Shown: positions 38,279-48,645, counted from the stretch's first letter. The stretch is DNA of 64,000 nucleotides from Gammaproteobacteria bacterium (GCA_965221695.1 OZ244905.1:2592001-2656000), one strand, 5' to 3'. The notes: generated from the letters alone by a model not told the origin. A program made the numbers and translations.

Positions 38279-39140
38279 TGCCTGAATCCTGCGCCGCTTC
38301 CAGCGCGCGTCTGACGGAAGTTCTGACGAGCTGACGCCGGTAGTCAGCCGGTGTCTGAATATCTTCGATGGGTGTGATGATCTGCGCGGCGAGGTCGGAG
38401 GCCGCCCGGATTGTCTCCTCTGTAAGCCGCTGGTCTGTGAGCGCCTGTTCAACTTCCGTGAGTCGCCGCGGGACATCTTCTGCGCCGCCCACACCCAACC
38501 GCACGCCGGTCATCCTGTCCTCTACCTGAGTATACGTGACCAGGCACATCGCCAGGGCAAAATCTCCAGCTCGCCGGTTGAACTCGAAAAAACCGAAACG
38601 TGTCGCGTTGTCGGGGAGTGGCAGAAGCGTCGCGGTGATCATTTCATCTGGTTCCAGCGCCGTAACCATCGGGCCCTGAAGCAATGTCTCGGCGGGAATT
38701 TTCCTACTGCGATTTCGGTTCTGAGCCAGCGCCGATCCGCCCAGTGTAATGGCTGCAAGACACCATTCCGAGGCAGGGTCGGCATGGGCAAGACTTCCAC
38801 AGAAGGTGCCGCGTAGGCGTATCGGGTAATGCGCGATATGTCTGGCAACCGTTGCCAACAGTTCACCCAGCGGTCCGGGGACAGCAGGTTGCCGGAACAT
38901 GGCATGCCTGGCCAGGGCGCGCGCTACCAGCGACTGTTGCTCCACCTCAATGCCTTGCAGGGACGGGATATCATTGATGTCTACCAGGTGTGAGGGGAAG
39001 GCGAGGCGTAGCGCCATCATCGGAACCAGGCTTTGCCCTCCGGCAAGGATGCGGCCGTTATCTGGCGCGACCTCAGACAGGATGTCCAGGGCCTCCTCCA
39101 GGGTACCGGGGCGATGATAAGTAAAAGGCGCGGGTTTCAT
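38268..39140 (-). CDS. FAD-binding medium subunit
   Basis: 'MKPAPFTY', 'AGGQSL', 'IRLRGTFCGS', 'RRAGDFA'. Confidence 0.93.
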   Translation of the reverse strand: MKPAPFTYHRPGTLEEALDILSEVAPDNGRILAGGQSLVPMMALRLAFPSHLVDINDIPSLQGIEVEQQSLVARALARHAMFRQPAVPGPLGELLATVARHIAHYPIRLRGTFCGSLAHADPASEWCLAAITLGGSALAQNRNRSRKIPAETLLQGPMVTALEPDEMITATLLPLPDNATRFGFFEFNRRAGDFALAMCLVTYTQVEDRMTGVRLGVGGAEDVPRRLTEVEQALTDQRLTEETIRAASDLAAQIITPIEDIQTPADYRRQLVRTSVRRALEAAQDSGNGQ

Positions 39141-41557
39141 GGCAATTCACCGTCCAACGTTTCCTGCCGGTAAGCGTTATTGTCGATATCCGGCGTGCGC
39201 CAGTGTTCAGGTGGCGCGCTATTCGGGGCTGAGCGAATCAATTCCCAGAGCGCGGCTGGTCTGAGGGGAGACTGGTTGAGTTGCGCGCCCAAGGGCGTCA
39301 GCGCGTCCTCAACCGCAGAGACGATGGCAGCGGGTGTTGGCAGGCAGCCCGATTCGCCTACGCCCTTGACGCCAAGTTCATTAAACGGGGTCGGTGATTC
39401 AAGATGGAACAGTTGGACTGGCGGCATCTTATCCGCGCTTACCAGGAGGTAGTCGGCAAACGTGGTGGTAACGGGCTGCGCGTTTTCGTCAAAACCCATC
39501 CATTCAAATAAGGCGTTGCCGACGCCGTGCGCGATGCCTCCAAGAACCTGTCCGTCGACGATCATGTCGTTCAGCCGGCGGCCGCAGTCGTGGACGATCA
39601 GGAAACGCAGTATCGCGACCTGGCCGGTATCGATATCCACTTCAACTTCCGCTATGGCCGAACCGTTGGCATACACCATATCATCGATGATCACGGACTC
39701 TGTGGCCTCCAGTCCCGGTTCCAGCCCGGACACGGGGAGTTTGAAGCCCGGCAGGCCGGATGCGGCGCGGGCCAGTTGCGCAAATGTCAGTCTTCTGTCG
39801 GGCGCGTTCTTGACGAATACGGTCTGGTTGTTAATCGCCAGATCATGCTCCGCCGTCTCCATGAGCTGGGCTGCGAGTTTAAACGCCTTGACCTTTACCG
39901 CTTTGGCGGCGGCATGAGCCGAGGCGCCGGCGATGACGGTCTGGCGACTGTTGAAGCCGCCGAAGCCCAAGGGCGTTGCATCCGTATCGCCGCAGATGAC
40001 GTTGATTGCGGACGGGTCTACGCCGAGTTGTTCGGCAACGATTTGCGCCAGCATGGTTTGCGTGCTCTGGCCCATGGCCGTGGCGCCGCTGGCGACGACA
40101 ATGTTGCCTGAGGCGTTGATGCGCACCGTGACTGTTTCATAAGGCCCGCGCCCGGTCCCCTCAACGAAATTCGCCAAACCTATGCCTATATGCCGGCCCT
40201 GTAGCAGGGCTGATTGCTGCTGCTCCTTGAACGATTCCCAGCCGGCGTGTTGTAACGCCAGTTCCTGGGTTGCCGGGTAATTGCCGCTATCCAGGATGAC
40301 TTCGGTATCGCCACGCAGACGCAGAGACTTGCGGCAGGGCATCTGTTCTTTCCTGACCAGGTTGCGGCGCCGCAGCTCGGCGCGGTCAATGGATAATTTA
40401 CCGGCAGCCCGGTCCAGCAGCCGTTCCATCACAAACACTCCCTGGGGTTGACCGGCGCCGCGCACCGGGGTAACCGGAACTTTGTTGGTGAGCGCCACGT
40501 AGACATCCAGGTGGTAGGCGGGGATATTGTAGGCCAGGGGCAGCGCGATACCGGAAGCATACGGCACATTCAGGCCGCGCGCCGTGTAGGCGCCGTGGTC
40601 ATGCAGCAAGGCGCCGCGCACGCCTTTGATTTTAGCATCGGCGTCCAGCGCAATTTCTACGTCCCAATACTGGTCGCGTTCCTGGGTGGCGCTGAGGAAG
40701 TATTCATAACGGTCTTGTGTCCATTTCACTGGCTGTTGCAGCATGGTTGCGCACAGGGCGATGACCAGCTCTTCCGGATAGCACACCAGTTTCGGTCCGA
40801 ACCCGCCGCCGACCTGGGGCGCGACTACGCGCACACTCTCGTCATTGCGACCCAGCAGGTCGCATATCACCCGCTTCACCCCATGGGGGCGTTGCGTGGA
40901 TGTCCATAGCGTCAGGCGCGCAGTGGCAGGATCATAGTTGGCGAGCGCGCCCCGGCATTCAATGGAGTGAGCGCCGCCACGGTGCAAGTGGAAGGTTTCC
41001 CTGATAACCCAGCGCGCGTGGCGGAAGGCGCGCTCTGTATTTCCGTAGTCGAACTCGAAGGCGGCAGCCAGGTTGTGGGAGAGCTTTCGGTGTGCGGTCG
41101 GACTGTCTGCGCTGAGGGCAGCGCGACAATCGGCCGCGGCATCCAGGGGTTCATAGTCAATTTCGACCAAGTCTGCCGCGTCTTCCGCAGTGTAGCGAGA
41201 ACAGGCAATCACCACTGCCACTGGTTCGCCCGCGTAGACCACTTCGTCGCCGGCGAGTACTTGCGGCTTGACATCGAGACGTATGCTGTTGCTTGGCAGA
41301 CCCGTGGCCATCCTGGTATTGGTGAGCAGGGGTTGCAAGTCAGAGAGAGTGAGAATAGCTGTTACACCCGGAACCTTTGCGGCTTCCTCCGAGTTAATCC
41401 GGTTAACCAGCGCATGACTGTAAGGGCTGCGCACAAAAGCGGCGCATAATGTTTCGGGTAGTTGCAGGTCGTCAACAAACCGGGCCCTGCCTGTCAACAG
41501 GTCATGGTCTTCCAAGCGGCGAACCGGCGCGCCCGAACCGCTGTTTTTCGGGATCAT
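39137..41557 (-). CDS. Molybdenum hydroxylase large subunit (CoxL-like, not form I CODH)
   Basis: 'GGGFGPK', active-site loop 'VTPVRGAG', 'VKGVGESG'. Confidence 0.92.
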   Translation of the reverse strand: MIPKNSGSGAPVRRLEDHDLLTGRARFVDDLQLPETLCAAFVRSPYSHALVNRINSEEAAKVPGVTAILTLSDLQPLLTNTRMATGLPSNSIRLDVKPQVLAGDEVVYAGEPVAVVIACSRYTAEDAADLVEIDYEPLDAAADCRAALSADSPTAHRKLSHNLAAAFEFDYGNTERAFRHARWVIRETFHLHRGGAHSIECRGALANYDPATARLTLWTSTQRPHGVKRVICDLLGRNDESVRVVAPQVGGGFGPKLVCYPEELVIALCATMLQQPVKWTQDRYEYFLSATQERDQYWDVEIALDADAKIKGVRGALLHDHGAYTARGLNVPYASGIALPLAYNIPAYHLDVYVALTNKVPVTPVRGAGQPQGVFVMERLLDRAAGKLSIDRAELRRRNLVRKEQMPCRKSLRLRGDTEVILDSGNYPATQELALQHAGWESFKEQQQSALLQGRHIGIGLANFVEGTGRGPYETVTVRINASGNIVVASGATAMGQSTQTMLAQIVAEQLGVDPSAINVICGDTDATPLGFGGFNSRQTVIAGASAHAAAKAVKVKAFKLAAQLMETAEHDLAINNQTVFVKNAPDRRLTFAQLARAASGLPGFKLPVSGLEPGLEATESVIIDDMVYANGSAIAEVEVDIDTGQVAILRFLIVHDCGRRLNDMIVDGQVLGGIAHGVGNALFEWMGFDENAQPVTTTFADYLLVSADKMPPVQLFHLESPTPFNELGVKGVGESGCLPTPAAIVSAVEDALTPLGAQLNQSPLRPAALWELIRSAPNSAPPEHWRTPDIDNNAYRQETLDGELP

Positions 41558-41570
41558 CGGGAGAGAAATC

Positions 41571-42206
41571 CTAAATGTGGTTCAGCTCTTCAACCTCTTT
41601 CAACGTCATGACTTCTGTGTATTTCATTTTCAGGTCAAACAGGTTGGCTTCATGCTGCTCGACGGAACGATCACCGACGCAATCTTCGACGATCACCGGC
41701 TTGAAGCCGTGACACATGGCGTCAACGGCCGAGGCGCGCACGCAGCCACTGGTGGTCGCTCCGCTGATGAACAAAGTCCTGATGGTCTTCATCGCCAACG
41801 CGGATGCAAGGTGTGTTCCAAAAAATGCGGAAGGGAACTGTTTGCGTATAATCAGGTCGCCCGGCTTGGGCGGCAGTTCCGGAACGACCTGGCTGAGTTC
41901 GGAGGTTTCGGTGAAATCCAGGCATCCCGGCACTTTGTCGGTAAACACGTTGGCGTCAGAACCGTCATCGGAGTATACCACCCGCGTATAGCAGACCTGC
42001 CAACCGCGCTTGCGGGCCAACGCCAGCAATTTGCCGGTCTTCCCGATAGCCGGACGGATATTGCCGCCGCCGAACACCTCCGGGTCGGCAAAGCCGTTGA
42101 TGAAATCCACTATCAACAATCCTGCCGGCGGCGTCAGCTCCAGGTTTTTACCAAAGCCTTGGCGGTCATAGACTGCCTGTTCCGATTGCTTGTTCAGGGT
42201 TTCCAT
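41571..42206 (-). CDS. nicF: Isochorismatase-family amidase, probably maleamate amidohydrolase
   Basis: D-K-C triad 'LIVDF', 'RKQFPSAFFGT', 'GATTSGCVRAS'; N-terminal 'YDRQGFG'; a nicX-like gene lies in the same region. Confidence 0.72.
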   Translation of the reverse strand: METLNKQSEQAVYDRQGFGKNLELTPPAGLLIVDFINGFADPEVFGGGNIRPAIGKTGKLLALARKRGWQVCYTRVVYSDDGSDANVFTDKVPGCLDFTETSELSQVVPELPPKPGDLIIRKQFPSAFFGTHLASALAMKTIRTLFISGATTSGCVRASAVDAMCHGFKPVIVEDCVGDRSVEQHEANLFDLKMKYTEVMTLKEVEELNHI

Positions 42207-42225
42207 AGCTACCTCCTCTACCGAT

Positions 42226-43716
42226 TCAGCTTTTCAACAATGCGCGGGCTGCACAGTCTCCAGCGATTTTACCGAATACCGCCCCCGACATCAGCCCGGT
42301 CCCGCCAGGATAATTGAAATAAAACAGGTTGCCTACCAGCTCCCCGGCCGCGTAGAGTCCAGGTATGGGCTGGTAATCCGTGTTTAGCGCTCTTGCATTA
42401 CTATCGATACGCAGGCCGCCAAAGGTGAAAGTCACGCCGCAGGTGACTCCGTACGCATGGAATGGCGGGCTGTCGATGGTATTGGCCCAGTTGCTCTTCG
42501 GGATGTCAAGACCGTTGGTTCCGCGGCCGTCCTTGACGTTGGGATTAAAAGGTACCGATGTCTGCACCGCCGCATTATATGCCTTGATGTGGGTCATGGC
42601 GCTGGCCGGGTCCACGCCATCGAGTTGCGCCAGCAGGCCCTTGAGGGTATCGGAGATAGCCCTGGTAACCTGTTTGATGCGGTACTCATCTCGCAACAGA
42701 TGCAGTGTCTTGGCGTCAAATATCTGGTAGGCAAAGTTGCCCGGTTGCTCCAGTATGACCCGGCCGTATTTCGCATAAGTGTAGTTTCGGAAATCAGCCC
42801 CCTCATCGACGAAACGTTCCCCACGGGCATTGATCATGATGCCGAAAGGGTAGCTGTGTTTCTGGAAGGCATCGCCTACTGCAAGGTCACCGAATTCCGG
42901 CGCGTTCCGGTCCCAGCCTACCGCGTGACAACCAGACCAGTTGCCGGCTGGAGATGCGCCGATGTCCAAGGCCATGCGAATGCCATCGCCCACGTTGTAA
43001 CGGCTGCCTCTGACCTTAGCCAGGTCCCAATTCGGGCCAAGATAACGAGCGCGCCATTCGCTGTTGGCCTCGAAACCGCCACTGGCAAGAACAGCGCTGC
43101 GGGCGTTGATGGCGTAGTTCCTGCCATTGTGGCGTACCAGCGCCCCGCACACCCGCCCATCCTGATGCAACAACTCCAGCGCCCGCGTCTCATACCGGAT
43201 ATCGATGCCTGCCTTGTTTGCAGCCCTGGTCCAGGCTTCGATCAGGCCGGGACCGCCGCCCGATGCCTCGACCGTGAGGCCGCCCCAGAATTTGAATTTT
43301 CCATTAACCTTGAACGCTTGACGGCCATATATCGGAGTAAAACGGATCCCCTTAGAGCGCATCCATAACAATGTTGAGCGACTGTTTTTAACCAGCAGTT
43401 CACACAGGTCGGGGTCGGTGCGGTAATCGGTCACCCGGCCCATGTCGTCAAAGAACTGATCTTCGCTATAGCTACCGAAATCCGTGTTAGCCAGCTCTTC
43501 CTCACTGAGGTCCGGCATAAAGGACTTCAGGTCTTCCACACCATCATAGGCCACCCTTATTGCGCCGGCGGTAAACCGGCTGTTGCCACCGGCCTCGTGT
43601 TCCGGCGAACATTCCAGCATCACTACTTTGACTCCATGCTCGCGCGCCGCCAGCGCCGCCGCAAACGCAGCATTGCCGGCGCCGACAATCAGCACGTCAG
43701 CAGATTGATCAACCAT
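42226..43716 (-). CDS. tcuA: TcuA-like FAD-dependent oxidoreductase (tricarballylate dehydrogenase family)
   Basis: 'GAGNAA', 'GGNSRFTAGA', 'RFVDEGADFRNYTYAKYG', 'NYPGGTGL'. Confidence 0.8.
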   Translation of the reverse strand: MVDQSADVLIVGAGNAAFAAALAAREHGVKVVMLECSPEHEAGGNSRFTAGAIRVAYDGVEDLKSFMPDLSEEELANTDFGSYSEDQFFDDMGRVTDYRTDPDLCELLVKNSRSTLLWMRSKGIRFTPIYGRQAFKVNGKFKFWGGLTVEASGGGPGLIEAWTRAANKAGIDIRYETRALELLHQDGRVCGALVRHNGRNYAINARSAVLASGGFEANSEWRARYLGPNWDLAKVRGSRYNVGDGIRMALDIGASPAGNWSGCHAVGWDRNAPEFGDLAVGDAFQKHSYPFGIMINARGERFVDEGADFRNYTYAKYGRVILEQPGNFAYQIFDAKTLHLLRDEYRIKQVTRAISDTLKGLLAQLDGVDPASAMTHIKAYNAAVQTSVPFNPNVKDGRGTNGLDIPKSNWANTIDSPPFHAYGVTCGVTFTFGGLRIDSNARALNTDYQPIPGLYAAGELVGNLFYFNYPGGTGLMSGAVFGKIAGDCAARALLKS

Positions 43717-43875
43717 AGGTTTATCTTACAGGAATTTATGCGCAACCGATCGATGCCGGCGCCAACTTCAGGACATCCACAGCCAATTCAGGACACCCAG
43801 CAATGTCAGCGCCATCAGAAAATTGTGAGCATCCCGAAATCAAAGGTGTGCTGAATTAGAGATGGATCTCTTACT

Positions 43876-44769
43876 TTAGGGCACGGTTTTTGCCGGTAGG
43901 GAAACGATATGGTCACAAATGGCGCCGGGGCGAGTAAACCAGACTCTGTCGGCGTCGGGGTGATTAACGATGTGCAGTAGGATATCCCGCAGGCCGGCAA
44001 GACGGTAAGGCTGGCCTGAGACGAAAGTATGCAGGGCAAGACTGAAGACCAGAGGTTGGCTGGCGCTCTGGCGCAGTTGCTCATCGAAATGGGCAGTGAC
44101 CATGCGGGTAAAGTCATCCGCGGTATGACGGCGCGTAAGTTGCGCCGGCGAATCGTTGATTTCGATGTGGTAGGGGATCGAAAGTATCGGGCCGGACCGG
44201 GTGGTCATCCAGAAGGGCTGGTCGTCTGCGCCCCAGTCAAGCAGGTAACGATAACCGGCCTCCTTAAGCAGGTCGGGCGTATGCGCGCTCTCGGAAATCC
44301 AGGGGCCCATCCAGCCGCCGGGGGTCTGCCCCTCGTGCCGGCGTATCGTTTCGGTGGTTTCACCGATTAACAGACGTTCTTCATGCTCCGAACAGCCAGC
44401 CTGTTCTTCGGAATTGGTGCGTCCATGGCCGATGAACTCGTCCCCGCGAGCGCGGATACGGGCGGGAATCTGTGGCGCGTAGTCGTAGACGGCAACATTC
44501 ATCAGGTGACAGGCCGGCAGATCGAGCTCGTCAAACAGATCGAAAATACGCCAGATACCGACTCGCAGGCCGTAATCGCGCCAGGAATAATTGCGCACGT
44601 CCGGTGGCGTGCTCGGCTGGGTAGGGGTATGCCCCAGGCCTTCGCCGAAACTGAAATGTTCGATGTTCAAGGCGAAATAGACGGCCAGCCGTTTGCCATC
44701 CGGCCAGTGGTAATCCGGTCGTTCGGAAATGGGAGAGTAGGTGTACCGGTTATGAGTTTTCAGTTCCAA
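43876..44769 (-). CDS. Polysaccharide deacetylase family protein (PuuE-like)
   Basis: 'WPDGKRLAV', 'WRDYGLRVG', 'HGRTN', 'LALH'; TTG start at 44769. Confidence 0.85.
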   Translation of the reverse strand: MELKTHNRYTYSPISERPDYHWPDGKRLAVYFALNIEHFSFGEGLGHTPTQPSTPPDVRNYSWRDYGLRVGIWRIFDLFDELDLPACHLMNVAVYDYAPQIPARIRARGDEFIGHGRTNSEEQAGCSEHEERLLIGETTETIRRHEGQTPGGWMGPWISESAHTPDLLKEAGYRYLLDWGADDQPFWMTTRSGPILSIPYHIEINDSPAQLTRRHTADDFTRMVTAHFDEQLRQSASQPLVFSLALHTFVSGQPYRLAGLRDILLHIVNHPDADRVWFTRPGAICDHIVSLPAKTVP

Positions 44770-44815
44770 GCCGCTTGATCCGATATAGAATGGGCTACAG
44801 AATAATAGCGGAAAA

Positions 44816-46480
44816 ATGAATAACCTGAAAATCACAACACACAGCGCGGCGCAACGGCGTGAATACCGTGCCGCGGGTTTTTGGCAAGATAAAACCCTGT
44901 TTCAGATCATTCAGGACCATGCCGGTAAGACGCCGGAACGGTTTGCCGTGCGCGATCGGCATCGCCGTTTTACCTATCGGCAGCTTATCTCGGCGGCAGA
45001 ACGCCTGGCGATGGATTTGTCTGAAAACGGGGTTGAACCTGGCCAACAGGTGGCGGTCTGGTTACCGAATCGGTTGGAAACCGTGATTGTTCTGCTGGCC
45101 TGTTCAAGAAACCGCTATAGTTGCTGCCCTTCCTTACACCGCAATCACACGGTTGCGGAGATCATACAGATACTGGATCGTTTTCATGCTGCCGCGCTGA
45201 TCAGCGAGAAGGGCTATGGCGCGGATGCGGACCGATGCGATGTCGATGCTGAACTGGCGCGCTTGAAGCATCCTCCCAAGCGCTATGCCCTGCAACCGCT
45301 CAGGTCGAACAATGCCGGGAGACCCGTTTTTGGTCATTTACTGAAGTCTCAGCCTCGCGCGGATTTTGCCGCGCTGCCGGCACAACCGGATCCCGACACA
45401 CACGTCTACCTGGCGCTGACGTCGGGAACCACCGGCGCGCCCAAAGGCGTCATGCACAGTGACAATACTCTGCTGGCCAACGCCCGCGCCATGGCCGCGG
45501 ACTGGCATTTCAGCGCTGCTTCAGTCATCTATACATTGAGTCCGTTGAGCCATAACCTGGGTTTCGGGGCTATGGTCAGCGCGCTGTACAGCGGGGCAGA
45601 GGTCGTGTTGAGTCAGCTTGCCCCGGGTGAATCCCTGGTTGATGACCTGCTCAGGACCGAGGCGACATTTATCTACGGTGTGCCGGCCCATGCCGTTGAC
45701 CTGTTGATGGAGTTAAAGGAACCGGGGAACAAGGCGCCCGAAAAAATCACGGGTTTCCGTATATCCGGCGCGCAGGCGCCCGCAGATGTCGTCGCGGAGT
45801 TGCTGGACTATGGCATCATGCCGCAAACGGGCTACGGCATGACGGAAGCCCATTCCCACAACTATACCTTGCCTGACACTGTCCCTGAGCGGATTATCGG
45901 GACGGCAGGACGAGCCTGTCCCGGCTACCAACTCAAAATCTGGTCTCTCGATAACAATGATATGGAATTGGGTGTTGGTGAGGTCGGTCAGATTGGCGGG
46001 AAAGGGGCCAGCCTGATGCTGGGGTATTTTGAGGATGAAGCGGCTACGGCTGGTTCATTGAATTCGGACGGCTGGTTTATGACCGGGGACCTGGGCAGCC
46101 TGGACAAAGACGGCTATCTGCATATTATGGGGCGTATCAAGGACGTGATCATCCGCGGCGGCCATAACATTTACCCGGCCCGAATAGAACAGCTTGCCGC
46201 GCGCCACCCTGACATCGATAAGGCTGCTGCGATACCGATCCCGGATAAGCGTCTGGGAGAAAAAGTATGCCTGGTGATTAAACCGGCCAATAGTGTTGGT
46301 CCTGACCCGAAGCAAATTCTCAAACGTCTTGAGGATGAAGGATTGTCGAAATACGACATGCCCGAGTACCTGCTCGAGATTGATGACATGCCGATGACCC
46401 CTGGGGGCAAGGTTAATAAGCGTGACCTGCTTGCCTTAATCAACGCCGGTCGGGTCAATCCGCAACCGGTCAAGAGATAA
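44816..46480 (+). CDS. Acyl-CoA ligase (AMP-binding; cyclohexanecarboxylate-CoA ligase-like)
   Basis: 'TSGTTGAPKG', 'YGMTE', 'TGDLG', 'IIRGG'. Confidence 0.9.
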   Translation: MNNLKITTHSAAQRREYRAAGFWQDKTLFQIIQDHAGKTPERFAVRDRHRRFTYRQLISAAERLAMDLSENGVEPGQQVAVWLPNRLETVIVLLACSRNRYSCCPSLHRNHTVAEIIQILDRFHAAALISEKGYGADADRCDVDAELARLKHPPKRYALQPLRSNNAGRPVFGHLLKSQPRADFAALPAQPDPDTHVYLALTSGTTGAPKGVMHSDNTLLANARAMAADWHFSAASVIYTLSPLSHNLGFGAMVSALYSGAEVVLSQLAPGESLVDDLLRTEATFIYGVPAHAVDLLMELKEPGNKAPEKITGFRISGAQAPADVVAELLDYGIMPQTGYGMTEAHSHNYTLPDTVPERIIGTAGRACPGYQLKIWSLDNNDMELGVGEVGQIGGKGASLMLGYFEDEAATAGSLNSDGWFMTGDLGSLDKDGYLHIMGRIKDVIIRGGHNIYPARIEQLAARHPDIDKAAAIPIPDKRLGEKVCLVIKPANSVGPDPKQILKRLEDEGLSKYDMPEYLLEIDDMPMTPGGKVNKRDLLALINAGRVNPQPVKR

Positions 46481-46485
46481 GGATT

Positions 46486-47475
46486 ATGCGAGCGGTCATC
46501 GTCACTGAATTTGGAGAGATTGAGGCGACCGGATTCGGCGAAATGCCGCAACCGTTGCCCGGTCCCGGTGAAATACTCGTCAACATCAAGGCTGTTGCGG
46601 TGAATTACGTGGACTTGTTGGTGATAGCGGGAAATTACCAGTTTCGTCCGGAGCGCCCGTTTGTGCCCGGCAAGGCCCCTGCCGGGGTGGTGGAAGCGGT
46701 GGGTGAGGAAGTGGACCAATTCAAAGTCGGTGACCGGATCCTGGCCATGGCGGAGGAGGGCGGCTATGCGGAACGGGTAAAGGTTGCCGAAGACCAATGT
46801 TATCGCCTTCCCGCCTTGATGTCTTTCGCCGATGCCGCGGCAATGGCGCTGGTTTACGATACGGCCTGGGTAGCTTTGCGGGACAGGGCGCGTATCCGGA
46901 AAGATGAGGTAGCGCTGGTTCTGGGCGCGTCAGGTGGTGTGGGTTATGCGGCCTTGCAGCTTGCGCGCGCCATGGGCGCGAAAACACTGGCCGGCATATC
47001 CAGCCCGGAAAAAAAGGATATGGCGCTTGAAGCAGGAGCCGGGGCAATAATCGACCTCAGCGCCCCCGACCTGCGAGAAGATCTGCGCCGGCAGGTATTT
47101 GAGGCCAACCGGGGACGAGGCGCCGATGTCATACTGGACCCATTAGGGGATGATATTTTTGATGCGGCAATACGCGCGCTTGCCTGGTGCGGAAGAATGG
47201 TGGTTATCGGTTTCGCCGCGGGTCGGATTCCCGTTATCAAGGCCAATTATCTGCTCCTGAAAAACATTGAGGTGAGCGGTTTGCAAGTAAGTGATTATCG
47301 CAAGCGCAAACCGGGGTTGATGAAAGAATGTTTCGCGGAGATATTCGCGCTCTATGAAGCAGGAAAAATCAAACCGGCCCCAATCACCCGGTTTCCACTG
47401 GAAGATTACCGGTCTGCGCTTATCCAGGTCCGTGACCGGCGCGCGCGCGGCCGGATCGTCCTGACAATGGAGTAG
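46486..47475 (+). CDS. NADPH:quinone oxidoreductase (MDR family)
   Basis: 'LVLGASGGVG', 'IGFAAG', 'LLLKN'. Confidence 0.9.
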   Translation: MRAVIVTEFGEIEATGFGEMPQPLPGPGEILVNIKAVAVNYVDLLVIAGNYQFRPERPFVPGKAPAGVVEAVGEEVDQFKVGDRILAMAEEGGYAERVKVAEDQCYRLPALMSFADAAAMALVYDTAWVALRDRARIRKDEVALVLGASGGVGYAALQLARAMGAKTLAGISSPEKKDMALEAGAGAIIDLSAPDLREDLRRQVFEANRGRGADVILDPLGDDIFDAAIRALAWCGRMVVIGFAAGRIPVIKANYLLLKNIEVSGLQVSDYRKRKPGLMKECFAEIFALYEAGKIKPAPITRFPLEDYRSALIQVRDRRARGRIVLTME

Positions 47476-47488
47476 AAGGCGGCCAGCG

Positions 47489-48526
47489 CTAAACTGAAAA
47501 AGAGTTCTTCAAGTCTGCAATGAATTGACCGATATGCTCCTCGGTCGTATCCCAGGAACACATCAGGCGCGCGCCTGTGGCGCCGCTTACGATGTGGTAA
47601 ATCCAGCCTTTTTCCCGCATTGATCGGTGAACGGCCTCAGGAAAGCTGACAAACACCGCATTGCTTTCCACCGGCGCCAGTAATTCGGTCCCGGCAAACT
47701 GTTCCAGCCCCGCGGCCAGCAGGGCTGCGCAACGGTTCGCATGGCGGGCGTGTTTCAGCCAGGCCCCGTTTTCCAGTAAGCCAACCCAGGGCGCGCAGAG
47801 AAAGCGCATCTTGGATGCCACGTGGCCGGCCTGTTTACAGCGATGACCGAATTCGGCGGACAGTGATTTATCAAAAAATATAATGGCTTCCCCGACAGGC
47901 AAAGCCAGTTTCGTCGCGCCGAAAGACAGCGCGTCCACCCCCGCCTGCCAGGTCGCCTCTTTTGGCGTCACTCCCAGGGCGGCAACGGCGTTGGCGAACC
48001 TGGCGCCGTCCATGTGGAAGCGCAGATGATTGTCTTTTGCCACCTTGCCGATGGCTGCTATTTCATCCACCGAATAAACGGCGCCCATTTCCGTCGATTG
48101 CGTGATGGATATCGCTTTGTGAATCTGGTAGTGAAAATCGAAGGGTTGTTGCAAAACACGTTCTATATCATCGGGCTGAATCTTCCCGGCATCACCGTCC
48201 AGAATTTCCATCCCGGCGCCGCCGGAGAAAAAAGCCGGGCCACCGCACTCGGCGGTAGCGATATGAGCAAGCTTATGGCAGATGATCTTATGCTGCGGCC
48301 GGCAGATGCCGGCCAGGGACAGGGAATTGGCCGCGGTGCCGGTGAATACAAAATAAACGTCACAGTCCGTCTCGAATACTTTACGAACCATATCTGAAGC
48401 TTTTGCAGTCCATTCATCTTCCCCGTATGCGGCGGCAAAGCCCTGGTTGGCATCGGACAAGGCGGCCCATGCCTCGGGTATTATCCCGGCGGTGTTGTCA
48501 CTGGCGAAGTGGTATTTCATGCTCAT
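47489..48526 (-). CDS. ltaE: Low-specificity L-threonine aldolase
   Basis: 'FASDN', 'GTAANSL', 'HMDGARFANA', 'FGATK'. Confidence 0.88.
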   Translation of the reverse strand: MSMKYHFASDNTAGIIPEAWAALSDANQGFAAAYGEDEWTAKASDMVRKVFETDCDVYFVFTGTAANSLSLAGICRPQHKIICHKLAHIATAECGGPAFFSGGAGMEILDGDAGKIQPDDIERVLQQPFDFHYQIHKAISITQSTEMGAVYSVDEIAAIGKVAKDNHLRFHMDGARFANAVAALGVTPKEATWQAGVDALSFGATKLALPVGEAIIFFDKSLSAEFGHRCKQAGHVASKMRFLCAPWVGLLENGAWLKHARHANRCAALLAAGLEQFAGTELLAPVESNAVFVSFPEAVHRSMREKGWIYHIVSGATGARLMCSWDTTEEHIGQFIADLKNSFSV

Positions 48527-48615
48527 GGGTTGCGCTCCAGGCCTCTTTCCGAGTTGTTCCTACTCTAATGAAGTAGTATCAAGGTATCAACTGCAACCCG
48601 CAGCTTGGATGATCC

Positions 48616-48645
48616 TTGACACTGGCCAGTGCCTTCGGTTATTAT
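48616..48645 (+). promoter_or_regulatory. Sigma70-like promoter of the TonB receptor gene
   Basis: TTGACA (48616) - 18 bp - TATTAT (48640); palindrome CACTGGCCAGTG at 48620-48631. Confidence 0.55.

Noticed and set aside
23391-41557. Aerobic CO dehydrogenase (cox) call
   Set aside because: No large subunit has the form I AYxCSFR loop, and the context points to organic substrates.
43730-43860. Possible frameshifted remnant of a membrane permease on the minus strand
   Set aside because: Too short and degenerate to support without a search.
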